From contig DLGG01000003.1 in assembly GCA_002482565.1 (NCBI GenBank), forward strand, positions 25,462-89,461: a DNA stretch of 64,000 bases. Direction: 5' to 3'. Position 1 is the stretch's first letter; the number at the start of each line of letters is the position of its first letter. This document shows, piece after piece, positions 29,540 to 37,800 of the stretch. The DNA comes from Solidesulfovibrio magneticus. Its GTDB lineage: Bacteria; Desulfobacterota; Desulfovibrionia; Desulfovibrionales; Desulfovibrionaceae. Both the position numbers and the translations under genes were made by a program. The notes under the pieces are model-generated. The model searched no databases, was not told the DNA's origin, and saw only the letters and a list, made by a program, of their open reading frames with translations.

Positions 29540-29676
29540 TTGCAGGTTATTTCCAACCTTCTGAGTGCTCTTCCGTCCACGTTTTCCCTGCTTTATGGTT
29601 TTCTGTCCAACGCCTGCCCCGGTATCCTGACGGCAGAGCCGTACCTATGACGTGAGCCGAGAGTTTTAGGAGTCCC

Positions 29677-30018
29677 ATGACCAAACCGCCTGCCGATGTG
29701 GCCCAACGGGCCAAGGTCTTCAAAGCCCTGGGACATCCCAGCCGTCTGCTCATGGTCGAAGCCCTGGGACGGGGCGCGCTTTGCGTGTGCGAACTGCGCG
29801 AACTGGTCGGTTCGGACGTCTCCACGGTCTCCAAACATTTAAGCGTCCTCAAGGAAGCCGGCATCGTGGCCGACGAACGCCGGGGAACCAGCGTTTATTA
29901 TTCCCTGCGCCTGGGCTGCGTCACGGGTTTCCTGTCCTGCGTCGAACATTTCTTTGCGCAACAAATCGAAGAACAGATCATTTATCTCAAAGACTTACGA
30001 CAACGCCCAGGTGGTTGA
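29677..30018 (+). CDS. arsR: ArsR/SmtB family transcriptional repressor
   Basis: FKALGHPSRL, LCVCEL metal(loid) site and STVSKHLSVLKEAGIV. AGGAG RBS. Confidence 0.9.
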   Translation: MTKPPADVAQRAKVFKALGHPSRLLMVEALGRGALCVCELRELVGSDVSTVSKHLSVLKEAGIVADERRGTSVYYSLRLGCVTGFLSCVEHFFAQQIEEQIIYLKDLRQRPGG

Positions 30019-30052
30019 CGAGGCGCGTGAGGCCATTTTTATCTTGCTTTGC

Positions 30053-30080
30053 TAACACGTATTTTCTAAAATCCGTGTCA
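30053..30080. promoter_or_regulatory. Palindromic operator-like site upstream of the MOT1-type transporter
   Basis: ACACG-T-ATTTT-CT-AAAAT-C-CGTGT near-perfect palindrome. Confidence 0.55.
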
Positions 30081-30157
30081 CAGAAGAGGAAATACCGGCC
30101 CGAACCGGATCGTCCCGGCGGGCTTGGCTCCACACCGTGCAGCAAGGCGGCACCACC

Positions 30158-31339
30158 ATGAACGACGGCGCGCAGGCACAAGAGGTTCTGGAAACGGCCC
30201 CCGGCCAGCCGGTCGGCGTAAAGACCCCCAACCGCTACGACCACATGGAATGGGCCGGCGCGTTTGGCGACATCGGCACACTCATTCCCTTTGTCGTGGC
30301 CTATATCACCATCCTCGGGATCGATCCATTGGGACTGCTGTTCATGTTCGGCGCCTGGAAGATCGCGGCCGGACTGTTCTACAAGACGCCCATCCCCATC
30401 CAGCCCATGAAGGCCATCGGCGCGGCCGCCGTGGCCGGCGGCATCACCCCGGCGGCGCTTTTCGGTTCCGGCCTGACCACCGGACTGTTCTGGCTCGTCA
30501 TTGGCCTCACCGGCACCATCGACTACGTGGCCAAGCTTGCCACCAAGCCCGTGGTGCGCGGCATCATGCTGGGCCTTGGCATGTCGTTTGTGGTGGAAGG
30601 CATCCACCGCATGGTGGCCGAGCCGGTGCTGGCCGGCATCGGGCTGACCGTCACCTTTATCTTGCTCTCCAACCCGAAAATCCCGGCCATGTTCGTGCTG
30701 CTGCTGATCGGCGTCGTGGCCGCGCTCATCGGCAATCCGGCCCTGTGGTCGGAGCTGACCCAGGTGAGCATAGGCTTCAGGCTGCCGGAATTCGGCTTGC
30801 ACCAGATGAACTGGAGCGACATCGTCACCGGCACGCTGCTGTTCACCCTGCCGCAGATACCGCTGACGCTCGGCAACGCCGTGGTGGCCATCGCCGCCGA
30901 GAACAACGAACTGTTCCCGGACCGGCCCGTCACCGAGCGCACCATGTGCATAAGCCAGGGCGTCATGAACCTCATTTCGCCCCTTTTCGGCGGCGTGCCC
31001 ATGTGCCATGGCGCGGGCGGCATGGCCGGCCACGTGCGTTTCGGCGCGCGCACCGGCGGTTCGCTGGTCATCCTGGGGACCATCGTCATCGTCATCGCGC
31101 TCTTTTTCAGCCAGTCCGTGGCCGTTATCTTCAAGATGTTCCCGCCCTCGATCCTCGGCGTCATCCTCTTTCTGGCCGGGGCCGAGCTGGCCGTCACCGT
31201 GCGCGACATCGGCAACAAGCGTGACGAATTCTACACCATGATCGTGGTGGCCGGGTTCGCCATGTGGCACATGGGCGTGGCCTTCGTGGTCGGCGTCATC
31301 CTCGACAACGCGCTGCGCCGCAAGTGGATAAAGATCTAA
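30158..31339 (+). CDS. MOT1-type (molybdate/sulfate) anion transporter
   Basis: EWAGAFGDIGT, PIPIQPMKAIGA, LPQIPLT..NA and PMCHGAGGMAGHVRFGARTG are MOT1 family motifs. Multi-TM. Confidence 0.85.
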   Translation: MNDGAQAQEVLETAPGQPVGVKTPNRYDHMEWAGAFGDIGTLIPFVVAYITILGIDPLGLLFMFGAWKIAAGLFYKTPIPIQPMKAIGAAAVAGGITPAALFGSGLTTGLFWLVIGLTGTIDYVAKLATKPVVRGIMLGLGMSFVVEGIHRMVAEPVLAGIGLTVTFILLSNPKIPAMFVLLLIGVVAALIGNPALWSELTQVSIGFRLPEFGLHQMNWSDIVTGTLLFTLPQIPLTLGNAVVAIAAENNELFPDRPVTERTMCISQGVMNLISPLFGGVPMCHGAGGMAGHVRFGARTGGSLVILGTIVIVIALFFSQSVAVIFKMFPPSILGVILFLAGAELAVTVRDIGNKRDEFYTMIVVAGFAMWHMGVAFVVGVILDNALRRKWIKI

Positions 31340-31351
31340 GCGGACGCTGAT

Positions 31352-31380
31352 GCCGGGCCGGGGAGTTTCCCCGGCCCGGG
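31352..31380 (+). terminator. GC-rich stem-loop after the MOT1 gene
   Basis: CCGGGCCGGGGA / TCCCCGGCCCGG inverted repeat. Confidence 0.5.
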
Positions 31381-31628
31381 CAGGCTATTGCTTGATCGCC
31401 GCCGCGCTATTTCCTCCCTCGCCGGGGTGCGGCGCAATGAAGGCAATGCTGCGATAGCTTCCGACAAGCCGAGGGCAGCGACTGCCCGGCGGATCGTGGG
31501 TCATGCCCTTCGACGTCGCGGCGCAGCCGTGTCGTTGGCTCTCTCGCTACATCGCCGTCGCCTCGTTTCCCCTGCCTCGTTTTCCTACGCCAGAGCCCCA
31601 AAATCCCCCTTGCCGGCCGTTGGCAATG

Positions 31629-31658
31629 TTGCTATTTTGCCTTTTGACCAAATAGCAA
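31629..31658. promoter_or_regulatory. Inverted repeat, probable ArsR-type operator
   Basis: TTGCTATTT-N12-AAATAGCAA, ~30 bp upstream of the permease start. Confidence 0.55.
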
Positions 31659-31690
31659 ATCATGGCCGCCGCCGGCCGGGAGTTCCAACC

Positions 31691-32794
31691 ATGCAACATC
31701 ATGACGCAACCGCCAAAACCGCTTGCTCCTGCGCCGGGGCGGACCCGGGGCAAGGCGCGCCCGCGGCCCGGGTCTGGCCGTCGCCGCGCCGCCTGATCCT
31801 GGGAGCCGTCGGCCTGGCCGCCTGGTTTTTCCTCTACGGCAAGCTGTTGGGAATCTCACAATTTCTCACCTACGACGTCATCGGCCTGACGCACGGGTCG
31901 CACCTTGGCGATTCCATCGAGTTTTTCCTCTACGATTCGCCCAAGGTGCTCATGCTCCTGACCCTGGTCGTCTTTGGCGTCGGCATCATCCGCTCGTTTT
32001 TCACCCCCGAGCGCACCCGCCGCATCCTGGCCGGGCGGCGCGAATCCGCCGGCAACGTCATGGCGGCGCTGCTTGGCATCGTCACGCCCTTTTGCTCCTG
32101 CTCGGCCGTGCCGCTTTTCATCGGTTTCGTCTCGGCCGGCGTGCCGCTGGGCGTGACCTTTTCCTTCCTTGTGTCCGCGCCCATGGTCAACGAGATCGCG
32201 GTGGTGCTGCTCTACGGCCTGCTTGGTTGGAAGGTGGCGGCGCTGTACATGGCCATGGGGCTGACCGTGGCCGTGGTGGCGGGCTGGGTGCTCGGCCGGC
32301 TCAATCTGGAGCGCTATGTCGAAGACTGGGTGCTGGCCATCCGGGCCGGCGGCGGCGACGCGTCGGTGACGGACCTGACCCCGGACGGCCGCATTGATTA
32401 CGCCATCCAGGCCGTGCGCGACATCCTGGGGCGCACCTGGAAATGGGTGCTTTTGGGCATCGGCGTCGGAGCCGGCATCCACGGCTATGTGCCCGAGGGC
32501 TTCATGGCCGGCATCATGGGCGAGAGCAACTGGTGGTCGGTGCCGGTCTCGGTGTTGATCGGCATTCCCATGTACTCCAACGCCGCCGGCATCGTGCCGG
32601 TGGTGGAGGCCCTGCTGTCCAAGGGCGCGGCCCTGGGCACGGTGTTGTCGTTCATGATGGCCGTTATCGCCTTGTCGCTGCCGGAGATGGTGATCCTGCG
32701 CAAGGTTCTCAAACCGCCTTTGTTGCTGGCGTTCGCCGGCATTGTCGGCTGCGGCATCCTCATCGTAGGCTATGTCTTCAACCTGATCCTGTAG
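31691..32794 (+). CDS. ArsP/DUF318 family permease
   Basis: TPFCSCSAVPLF, SAPMVNE, GIPMYSN and LSLPEM motifs. Multi-TM. Confidence 0.88.
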   Translation: MQHHDATAKTACSCAGADPGQGAPAARVWPSPRRLILGAVGLAAWFFLYGKLLGISQFLTYDVIGLTHGSHLGDSIEFFLYDSPKVLMLLTLVVFGVGIIRSFFTPERTRRILAGRRESAGNVMAALLGIVTPFCSCSAVPLFIGFVSAGVPLGVTFSFLVSAPMVNEIAVVLLYGLLGWKVAALYMAMGLTVAVVAGWVLGRLNLERYVEDWVLAIRAGGGDASVTDLTPDGRIDYAIQAVRDILGRTWKWVLLGIGVGAGIHGYVPEGFMAGIMGESNWWSVPVSVLIGIPMYSNAAGIVPVVEALLSKGAALGTVLSFMMAVIALSLPEMVILRKVLKPPLLLAFAGIVGCGILIVGYVFNLIL

Positions 32795-32803
32795 GAGGCT
32801 TGT

Positions 32804-33127
32804 ATGCGTTTCCTGGCCCAACTGTTCCCGGAGTTCGCGGCGAAACTCGACGAGATGGACGCGCTTTACGCCGAAAAGCGGCTCATCGACGAAAAGACCT
32901 ACCAGTTCATCTGCTTCGCGGTGTCGGTCAAGGCCCGGTCCAAGCCCTGCGTGCTCAAGCACTTCAAGGGGGCGCTGGACGCCGGGGCCAGCTTGCAGGA
33001 GCTGGCCTACATCCTGGCCCTGGTCATGCGCGAGGCGGCCGGCGCCGACGACTGCTGGACCCATGACGTGCTGGGCGAGGTGGCCGACATCGTGGCCGGA
33101 AAGATCGACTGCGGCTGCAAGAAATAG
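32804..33127 (+). CDS. Carboxymuconolactone decarboxylase (CMD/AhpD-like) family protein
   Basis: IDEKT..I..AVSV..RS.PCV..H..GAL.AGAS..E pattern. C-terminal CGC. GGAGG RBS. Confidence 0.8.
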   Translation: MRFLAQLFPEFAAKLDEMDALYAEKRLIDEKTYQFICFAVSVKARSKPCVLKHFKGALDAGASLQELAYILALVMREAAGADDCWTHDVLGEVADIVAGKIDCGCKK

Positions 33128-33147
33128 CGGCCGACAAGGAGCAAGGC

Positions 33148-33378
33148 ATGTTGATTCAGGTGCTCGGCACGGGCTGCGCCAAGTGCAACGAGCTGGAAAA
33201 GCTGGTCAAGGACGTGGTCGCGGCCAAGGGCTGCGACGCCGCCGTGGAAAAGGTGACCGATCTCCAACAAATCGCCATGCTGGGCGTCTTCGTGACCCCG
33301 GGTCTGGTCATCGACGGCGCGGTCAAGGCGGCGGGCAAGATGCCCACGCGCCAGGAAATTGAAGGGTGGATTGGGTGA
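33148..33378 (+). CDS. Small redox-active disulfide protein (thioredoxin-like, MTH895/ArsE type)
   Basis: IQVLGTGCAKC and GV..TPGLVIDG. AAGGAG RBS. Confidence 0.9.
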   Translation: MLIQVLGTGCAKCNELEKLVKDVVAAKGCDAAVEKVTDLQQIAMLGVFVTPGLVIDGAVKAAGKMPTRQEIEGWIG

Positions 33379-33390
33379 GTTGAAAGCGAC

Positions 33391-33425
33391 GGGCGGTGAA
33401 TCAAGGGTATGCTGATTCACCGCCC
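33391..33425. terminator. Stem-loop between convergent genes
   Basis: GGGCGGTGAATCA / TGATTCACCGCCC 13-bp perfect inverted repeat. Confidence 0.7.
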
Positions 33426-33452
33426 TGCCTTGTCTGGTCTGAAAGGAAGCAA

Positions 33453-34229
33453 TTACGGCATAAAGAAAAGTTTGTCGCCCATGTCTTGTTGATCGCGAAC
33501 TCTTTGATTGTAGCCTTCTCTGAGCTTATCGAGGAATGATTCATTGATTTTTTTGACTTTATTCGTGTCGTAAAGGATGTATTCAAGTTGCTTGGGGAAT
33601 ACCGAGTCGGCGGGGTAGTGAGGCATGCCGATGGACGGCGTGATGAATGCGATCAGGACGGTTCCTGCTTGGTCGTATTTCCCTGTGATGTTATATTTGT
33701 AGTCCCCAATATGTGTTGACATGATTTGTGAGCTTAGTGTTTGTAGCGAGGTTTCTGTGTCAAGTTTTTGAGTATTGTTTTTTTGCCATACAAGAGTAAT
33801 TACACCATCTTTTGTGTTTTGTATTTGCGGAGTACCGTACTTGTCTGTGAGTGATTTTGTAATCTTGTCTATTGTTGGCGTTATTCCTTCCTGCCAATTG
33901 AATGTTATCATTCTGCGAATGGCTATTATACGGTGTGGCTTTTCCAATTCCGTAGCCAGCTCAAATTTTTCAATTTCGCTGTGGGCCACGATTGACGCCT
34001 CGACGCCGCATAGAGCTTTTGGTAATTCAAAGCCTCGGTAGGTTTTATAGCTGTAAAATGTTTGGAATTTCGGCGGATTCTTAGAGTAGGATAATATTTT
34101 GACCGCACTCTCTGTGCTGTCGCCGAGTTCGATGCCGTTGATGCTCAACTTTTGCTGTTGGCTTGCGGGAGCTGAGGTGAAGGAAAGAGTCAGGAACAAT
34201 ACGCATGAAAGTAAACGGATTGTTGTCAT
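33453..34229 (-). CDS. Hypothetical exported protein (low GC)
   Basis: 258-aa ORF in an AT-rich segment with an N-terminal signal peptide. INGIELG and L.DKYG.P motifs. Confidence 0.75.
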   Translation of the reverse strand: MTTIRLLSCVLFLTLSFTSAPASQQQKLSINGIELGDSTESAVKILSYSKNPPKFQTFYSYKTYRGFELPKALCGVEASIVAHSEIEKFELATELEKPHRIIAIRRMITFNWQEGITPTIDKITKSLTDKYGTPQIQNTKDGVITLVWQKNNTQKLDTETSLQTLSSQIMSTHIGDYKYNITGKYDQAGTVLIAFITPSIGMPHYPADSVFPKQLEYILYDTNKVKKINESFLDKLREGYNQRVRDQQDMGDKLFFMP

Positions 34230-34329
34230 GTTTGTTCTCTATGCGTATGTGTGAATATGCTATTGTTGGATTTGTTTAGTGTGTTATGCTGATGTGCGCA
34301 GTGTTTTGCGCTAATTTATTGCGTGGCAA

Positions 34330-35406
34330 CTAGTTTACGGATATTCTGACAGTTGTCTTCTTAAGTTCATCTGCAATGTTTGCGAGTCTTTGCGATTCTA
34401 TTGATTCCGTTGTTTCGTATTCAACATGCTCTTGGTCGAGGAACGATGTCACTTCTGAGAGATTTATTGCAAAATTGATGTTTTGAGGAATGACGCCTGC
34501 TTTTGAGACAACGGCTTGGTCGCTGATTTTTGAAACAATGACCCCGACAAGATGTCCTGATGTATCCAGTAGTGGACCTCCGCTGTTCCCTGGCTGAATA
34601 GGGGCGGTGATTTGCAGCTTTCCTGGGTCGTTGTTGAGGCCGGACATGGCGCTGATAGTGCCGTCCGTGATTCGCAGTTCATCTGTCAGAAGCGTTGGCA
34701 AGGGGTAGCCGGCAGCGATAACGCCATCCCCAGTGCGCACAGGATTGCCTTCACGGAACTTGATGAAGTGGGGATGCGGCGCATCGCTGGAAAGGATCGC
34801 CAGATCTTTCTTTTGATCAACGGCTTTGACGGATAGTGGGATGGATTTCCCTTCGTATGTCGCTTCTATTTTGCTTGCTCGATCAATTACGTGGTAGTTT
34901 GTCAATATGTTGCCATTGTTGTTGATGAAAAAACCAGTCCCATAGCTTTTCCCGTGAGGGTCGTCAGCAGTATTCGCGGGAGGTCTTCCTGCGAAATCTT
35001 TCCCTTCGCATATTTCCTTGGTGACAGCTCGCAAGGGACCGCCATAGGTGTTTGTCTTGTAGGTCTTGTTGAATTTTTCGCTGAAAATTGGAGCACCGCT
35101 GTCTTCGTAGACGCTGTAGGAGAGGATGGTGTATGTTGATTCTTTGCAGTCAAGTTTGTTGACAAAGACAATGTCGTATAGAGCAAGGGGATCACCCTGT
35201 TTTTCAAGGTAAACTTTTTTGTGTGATGTTCTTGTTATTTTTAGGTTAAAGTTATAGGCTGAATCGTCAATTTTCTTGATGGAATCTCTGTCGATGAAGT
35301 AGAAATCTTCACGGGCTGTATAGATGAAGAACCAGTCCACGGAAAAGGCAGGAGCAGGAAGCGTCAGCAGCACGAGGAGCAATAAGAAAATGTATTTCGA
35401 TCGCAT
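34330..35406 (-). CDS. Exported trypsin-like (S1C/HtrA-type, PDZ-less) serine protease with extra N-terminal domain (low GC)
   Basis: Signal peptide. GTGFFI, TNYHV (His), DLAIL (Asp) and GNSGGPL (Ser). Confidence 0.9.
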   Translation of the reverse strand: MRSKYIFLLLLVLLTLPAPAFSVDWFFIYTAREDFYFIDRDSIKKIDDSAYNFNLKITRTSHKKVYLEKQGDPLALYDIVFVNKLDCKESTYTILSYSVYEDSGAPIFSEKFNKTYKTNTYGGPLRAVTKEICEGKDFAGRPPANTADDPHGKSYGTGFFINNNGNILTNYHVIDRASKIEATYEGKSIPLSVKAVDQKKDLAILSSDAPHPHFIKFREGNPVRTGDGVIAAGYPLPTLLTDELRITDGTISAMSGLNNDPGKLQITAPIQPGNSGGPLLDTSGHLVGVIVSKISDQAVVSKAGVIPQNINFAINLSEVTSFLDQEHVEYETTESIESQRLANIADELKKTTVRISVN

Positions 35407-35542
35407 GACCTGTATCCATATGACATAGAAAGTCGGCTTGCCTTTCAGAACTCAAAAACACGACCTGTTTTTATATACCCATCGAAGCATGTCAATCTGT
35501 TTTCAGGATTTAATGCGGTTTTGCTTTTTTGAGAAGACAGTA

Positions 35543-35586
35543 AAACAATGGCGTCCGACTCCGTACGGAGTCGGACGCCATTGTTT
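35543..35586. terminator. Perfect 44-bp palindrome, probable ftsY terminator
   Basis: AAACAATGGCGTCCGACTCCGT|ACGGAGTCGGACGCCATTGTTT. Confidence 0.75.
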
Positions 35587-35631
35587 CGGTGACGAATAGT
35601 GGACGGACGATACTGCTTATTGCGGTGGGCT

Positions 35632-37503
35632 TTACTCCACCCCTAAAAGCGCCTGGGCGAAGTCCTGGCCGTCAAAGGGCCGCAGGTCTTCCATCTTCTC
35701 GCCAAGGCCCACGTAGGTGATGGGCACCGCAAACGACAGCGCGATGCCGACCACCACGCCGCCCTTGGCCGTGCCGTCGAGCTTGGTCAGGATGATCTCG
35801 TCCACTCCGGCCGCTTCACCGAAAAGCTTCACCTGGGACAGCGCGTTTTGGCCGGTGGTGGCGTCGAGCACCAGCACCGAGCGGTGGGGCGCGCCCGGAT
35901 GCTTTTTGCCCACCACCCGGTGGATCTTGCGCAGCTCTTCCATGAGATTGGTCTTGGTGTGCAGCCGGCCGGCCGTGTCCAGGTAGACCACGTCGTAGCC
36001 CTCGGCCAGGGCCTTGTCCATGGCCTCGAAGGCGACCGCCGCCGGGTCGGCGTTGGCGCCCTTGCTGTAGAAGTCCGCGCCCACCCGCTTGGCCCAGATG
36101 TGCAACTGCTCGATGGCCGCCGCCCGGAAGGTGTCGCCGGCGGCGATGAGCACCTTCTTGCCGCGCATCATGTCGCGGTGGGCCAGCTTGGCGATGGTGG
36201 TGGTCTTGCCCACGCCGTTGACGCCGATCATCATGACCACTTCGGGCGGATTGATGGCCTTGATGGTCTTGGGGGTGCGGAAGATCTCGGCCAGCTCCTC
36301 GCGCAGGATCTCCTTGAACACGGCCGGATCGGTGGTGCCGCGCTTTCTGACCTTGTCGCGCAGGGCGTCCAGCAGTTTTGCCGCCGGCTCGAAGCCCACG
36401 TCGGCCATGATGAGGATTTCCTCGAGTTCTTCCCAAAAAGCTTCGTCGATGACGGCATGGCGGCCGAGCAGGCCGTCGATGCGTTTGACGATCTGTTCCT
36501 TGGTCTTGGCCAGCCCTTCGGAAAGCTTCAGGAAAAGCCGGTTGCGTTCGTCCTCTTCGTCTTCGAGGTCCAGGGCCAGGGCCAGGCGGTATTGGAGTTC
36601 GGAGCGGAACAGCTCCACCTCGTCGTACTCCATGACCGCCACCCAGTCGGCGAACTTGGCGACAAAGGCGTCGGCTTCGGCGCTCGGCGCTTCCAGGCTC
36701 TCGAACAGGAACCGCAGGCGTTCCCACAAGACCGGCCCGGCCACGTCCACGTCGGCCAGCAGCACATCCAGCCAGACGGACAGCTTGGGTTCGGCCTGAC
36801 GCAGGGCCAGGACCAGGGCGTTGCGCCACGGTGCTTCGTCGGCAGCGGCGGGCACGGCCTGGGCGGCAGCCATGGCTGCCGGCTGCGGCGCGGGAGTCGG
36901 CTGCGGCGTGGGGACGACGGGCTCAGGCTCGGCGGCGATGGGCTGCGCCTCGGGCTCGGGAGCCGGAGTCGGCACAGGCTCGGGAGCCGGTGTAAACATG
37001 GGGGCCGTCTGCGGCGTTACAGCGGCCTCGGCCAAAGGTCCGGCCTCGGGGGTGGCGGCCGGCTGGACGGGCGGCGCTGTTTCGGCCAAGGAGATCGGCT
37101 GGTCTGCAGTCGTCGGCTCAACGTCGGCTAGGTCCTGAAGCGGCGTCGGGCGCAACGCTTGGGGTGCGCCAGCGGGTTCGGGTTCCCGTGCGCTGGTCGG
37201 TTCGGGCTGCGGCGTTTGCGAGGTCGGTTCCGGCGCAGCGACCGGCGTGGCTTCGGCCAAAGAGACGGCTTCCGCCTGGGCCGCCGGCTCGGCCGCCGGA
37301 GGCGATGCCGCCGTCTCGACGGCAACGTCGGGGGCCGGCTGCGCTGCCGGCGTGGCGGCGGTTTCGACTGAGTCAGCGGCGACGGGCGCGGCTTCGGCGG
37401 CCGGAACGGAGGCTTCGGCCGGGGCTTCGGCGACGGGCTGAACCGTGGCATCCGGGGCGTTGTCCGCCGTCCAGAATTTCTTGAGCTTGGAAAAAAAACC
37501 CAT
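35632..37503 (-). CDS. ftsY: Signal recognition particle receptor FtsY with long Pro/Ala/Glu-rich N-terminal region
   Basis: MGFFSKLK start, GVNGVGKTTT, DTFRAAA, DTAGR and TKLDGTAKGG. Confidence 0.96.
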   Translation of the reverse strand: MGFFSKLKKFWTADNAPDATVQPVAEAPAEASVPAAEAAPVAADSVETAATPAAQPAPDVAVETAASPPAAEPAAQAEAVSLAEATPVAAPEPTSQTPQPEPTSAREPEPAGAPQALRPTPLQDLADVEPTTADQPISLAETAPPVQPAATPEAGPLAEAAVTPQTAPMFTPAPEPVPTPAPEPEAQPIAAEPEPVVPTPQPTPAPQPAAMAAAQAVPAAADEAPWRNALVLALRQAEPKLSVWLDVLLADVDVAGPVLWERLRFLFESLEAPSAEADAFVAKFADWVAVMEYDEVELFRSELQYRLALALDLEDEEDERNRLFLKLSEGLAKTKEQIVKRIDGLLGRHAVIDEAFWEELEEILIMADVGFEPAAKLLDALRDKVRKRGTTDPAVFKEILREELAEIFRTPKTIKAINPPEVVMMIGVNGVGKTTTIAKLAHRDMMRGKKVLIAAGDTFRAAAIEQLHIWAKRVGADFYSKGANADPAAVAFEAMDKALAEGYDVVYLDTAGRLHTKTNLMEELRKIHRVVGKKHPGAPHRSVLVLDATTGQNALSQVKLFGEAAGVDEIILTKLDGTAKGGVVVGIALSFAVPITYVGLGEKMEDLRPFDGQDFAQALLGVE

Positions 37504-37800
37504 GGGGCATGATCCTTCTGAGCGAAAGGGGGTTGGCAAAACAGGCGCGCCGGACGGCGCGGCCAAAAAGCATAGCTTTTAGGCTCCCTGGAAGCAACTC
37601 CCGCGTAGCGACGCACGTGGCGACGTCCTTTCCCGCGGCAGCCAAAGCGGAGGCCCGGGCAAAGGGCGCAATCCGCGCCCACGCCGTTGCCGTCAAGGGG
37701 AGCCGGACCAAGGCCTTGACTTCCAGGCCGGCCATGACAAACTTCGGGAAAGATATTCCCCGGGCCGCGCGGCCCGACACTTTTTCCCTCGCGAGTCCCC

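Noticed and set aside
29677-33425. Selenoprotein read-through of TGA stops (arsR, thioredoxin-like gene) near selC
   Set aside because: The TGAs fall at the normal C-termini, not at catalytic Cys positions, and another in-frame TGA follows within a few codons.
29540-35630. Integrative element or prophage at selC
   Set aside because: No integrase or transposase, and no duplicated tRNA 3' end (attR) was found. Only the low-GC islet is supportable.
36840-37450. Tandem DNA repeats within ftsY
   Set aside because: Imperfect repeats reflecting a low-complexity Pro/Ala/Glu protein linker, not a separate element.
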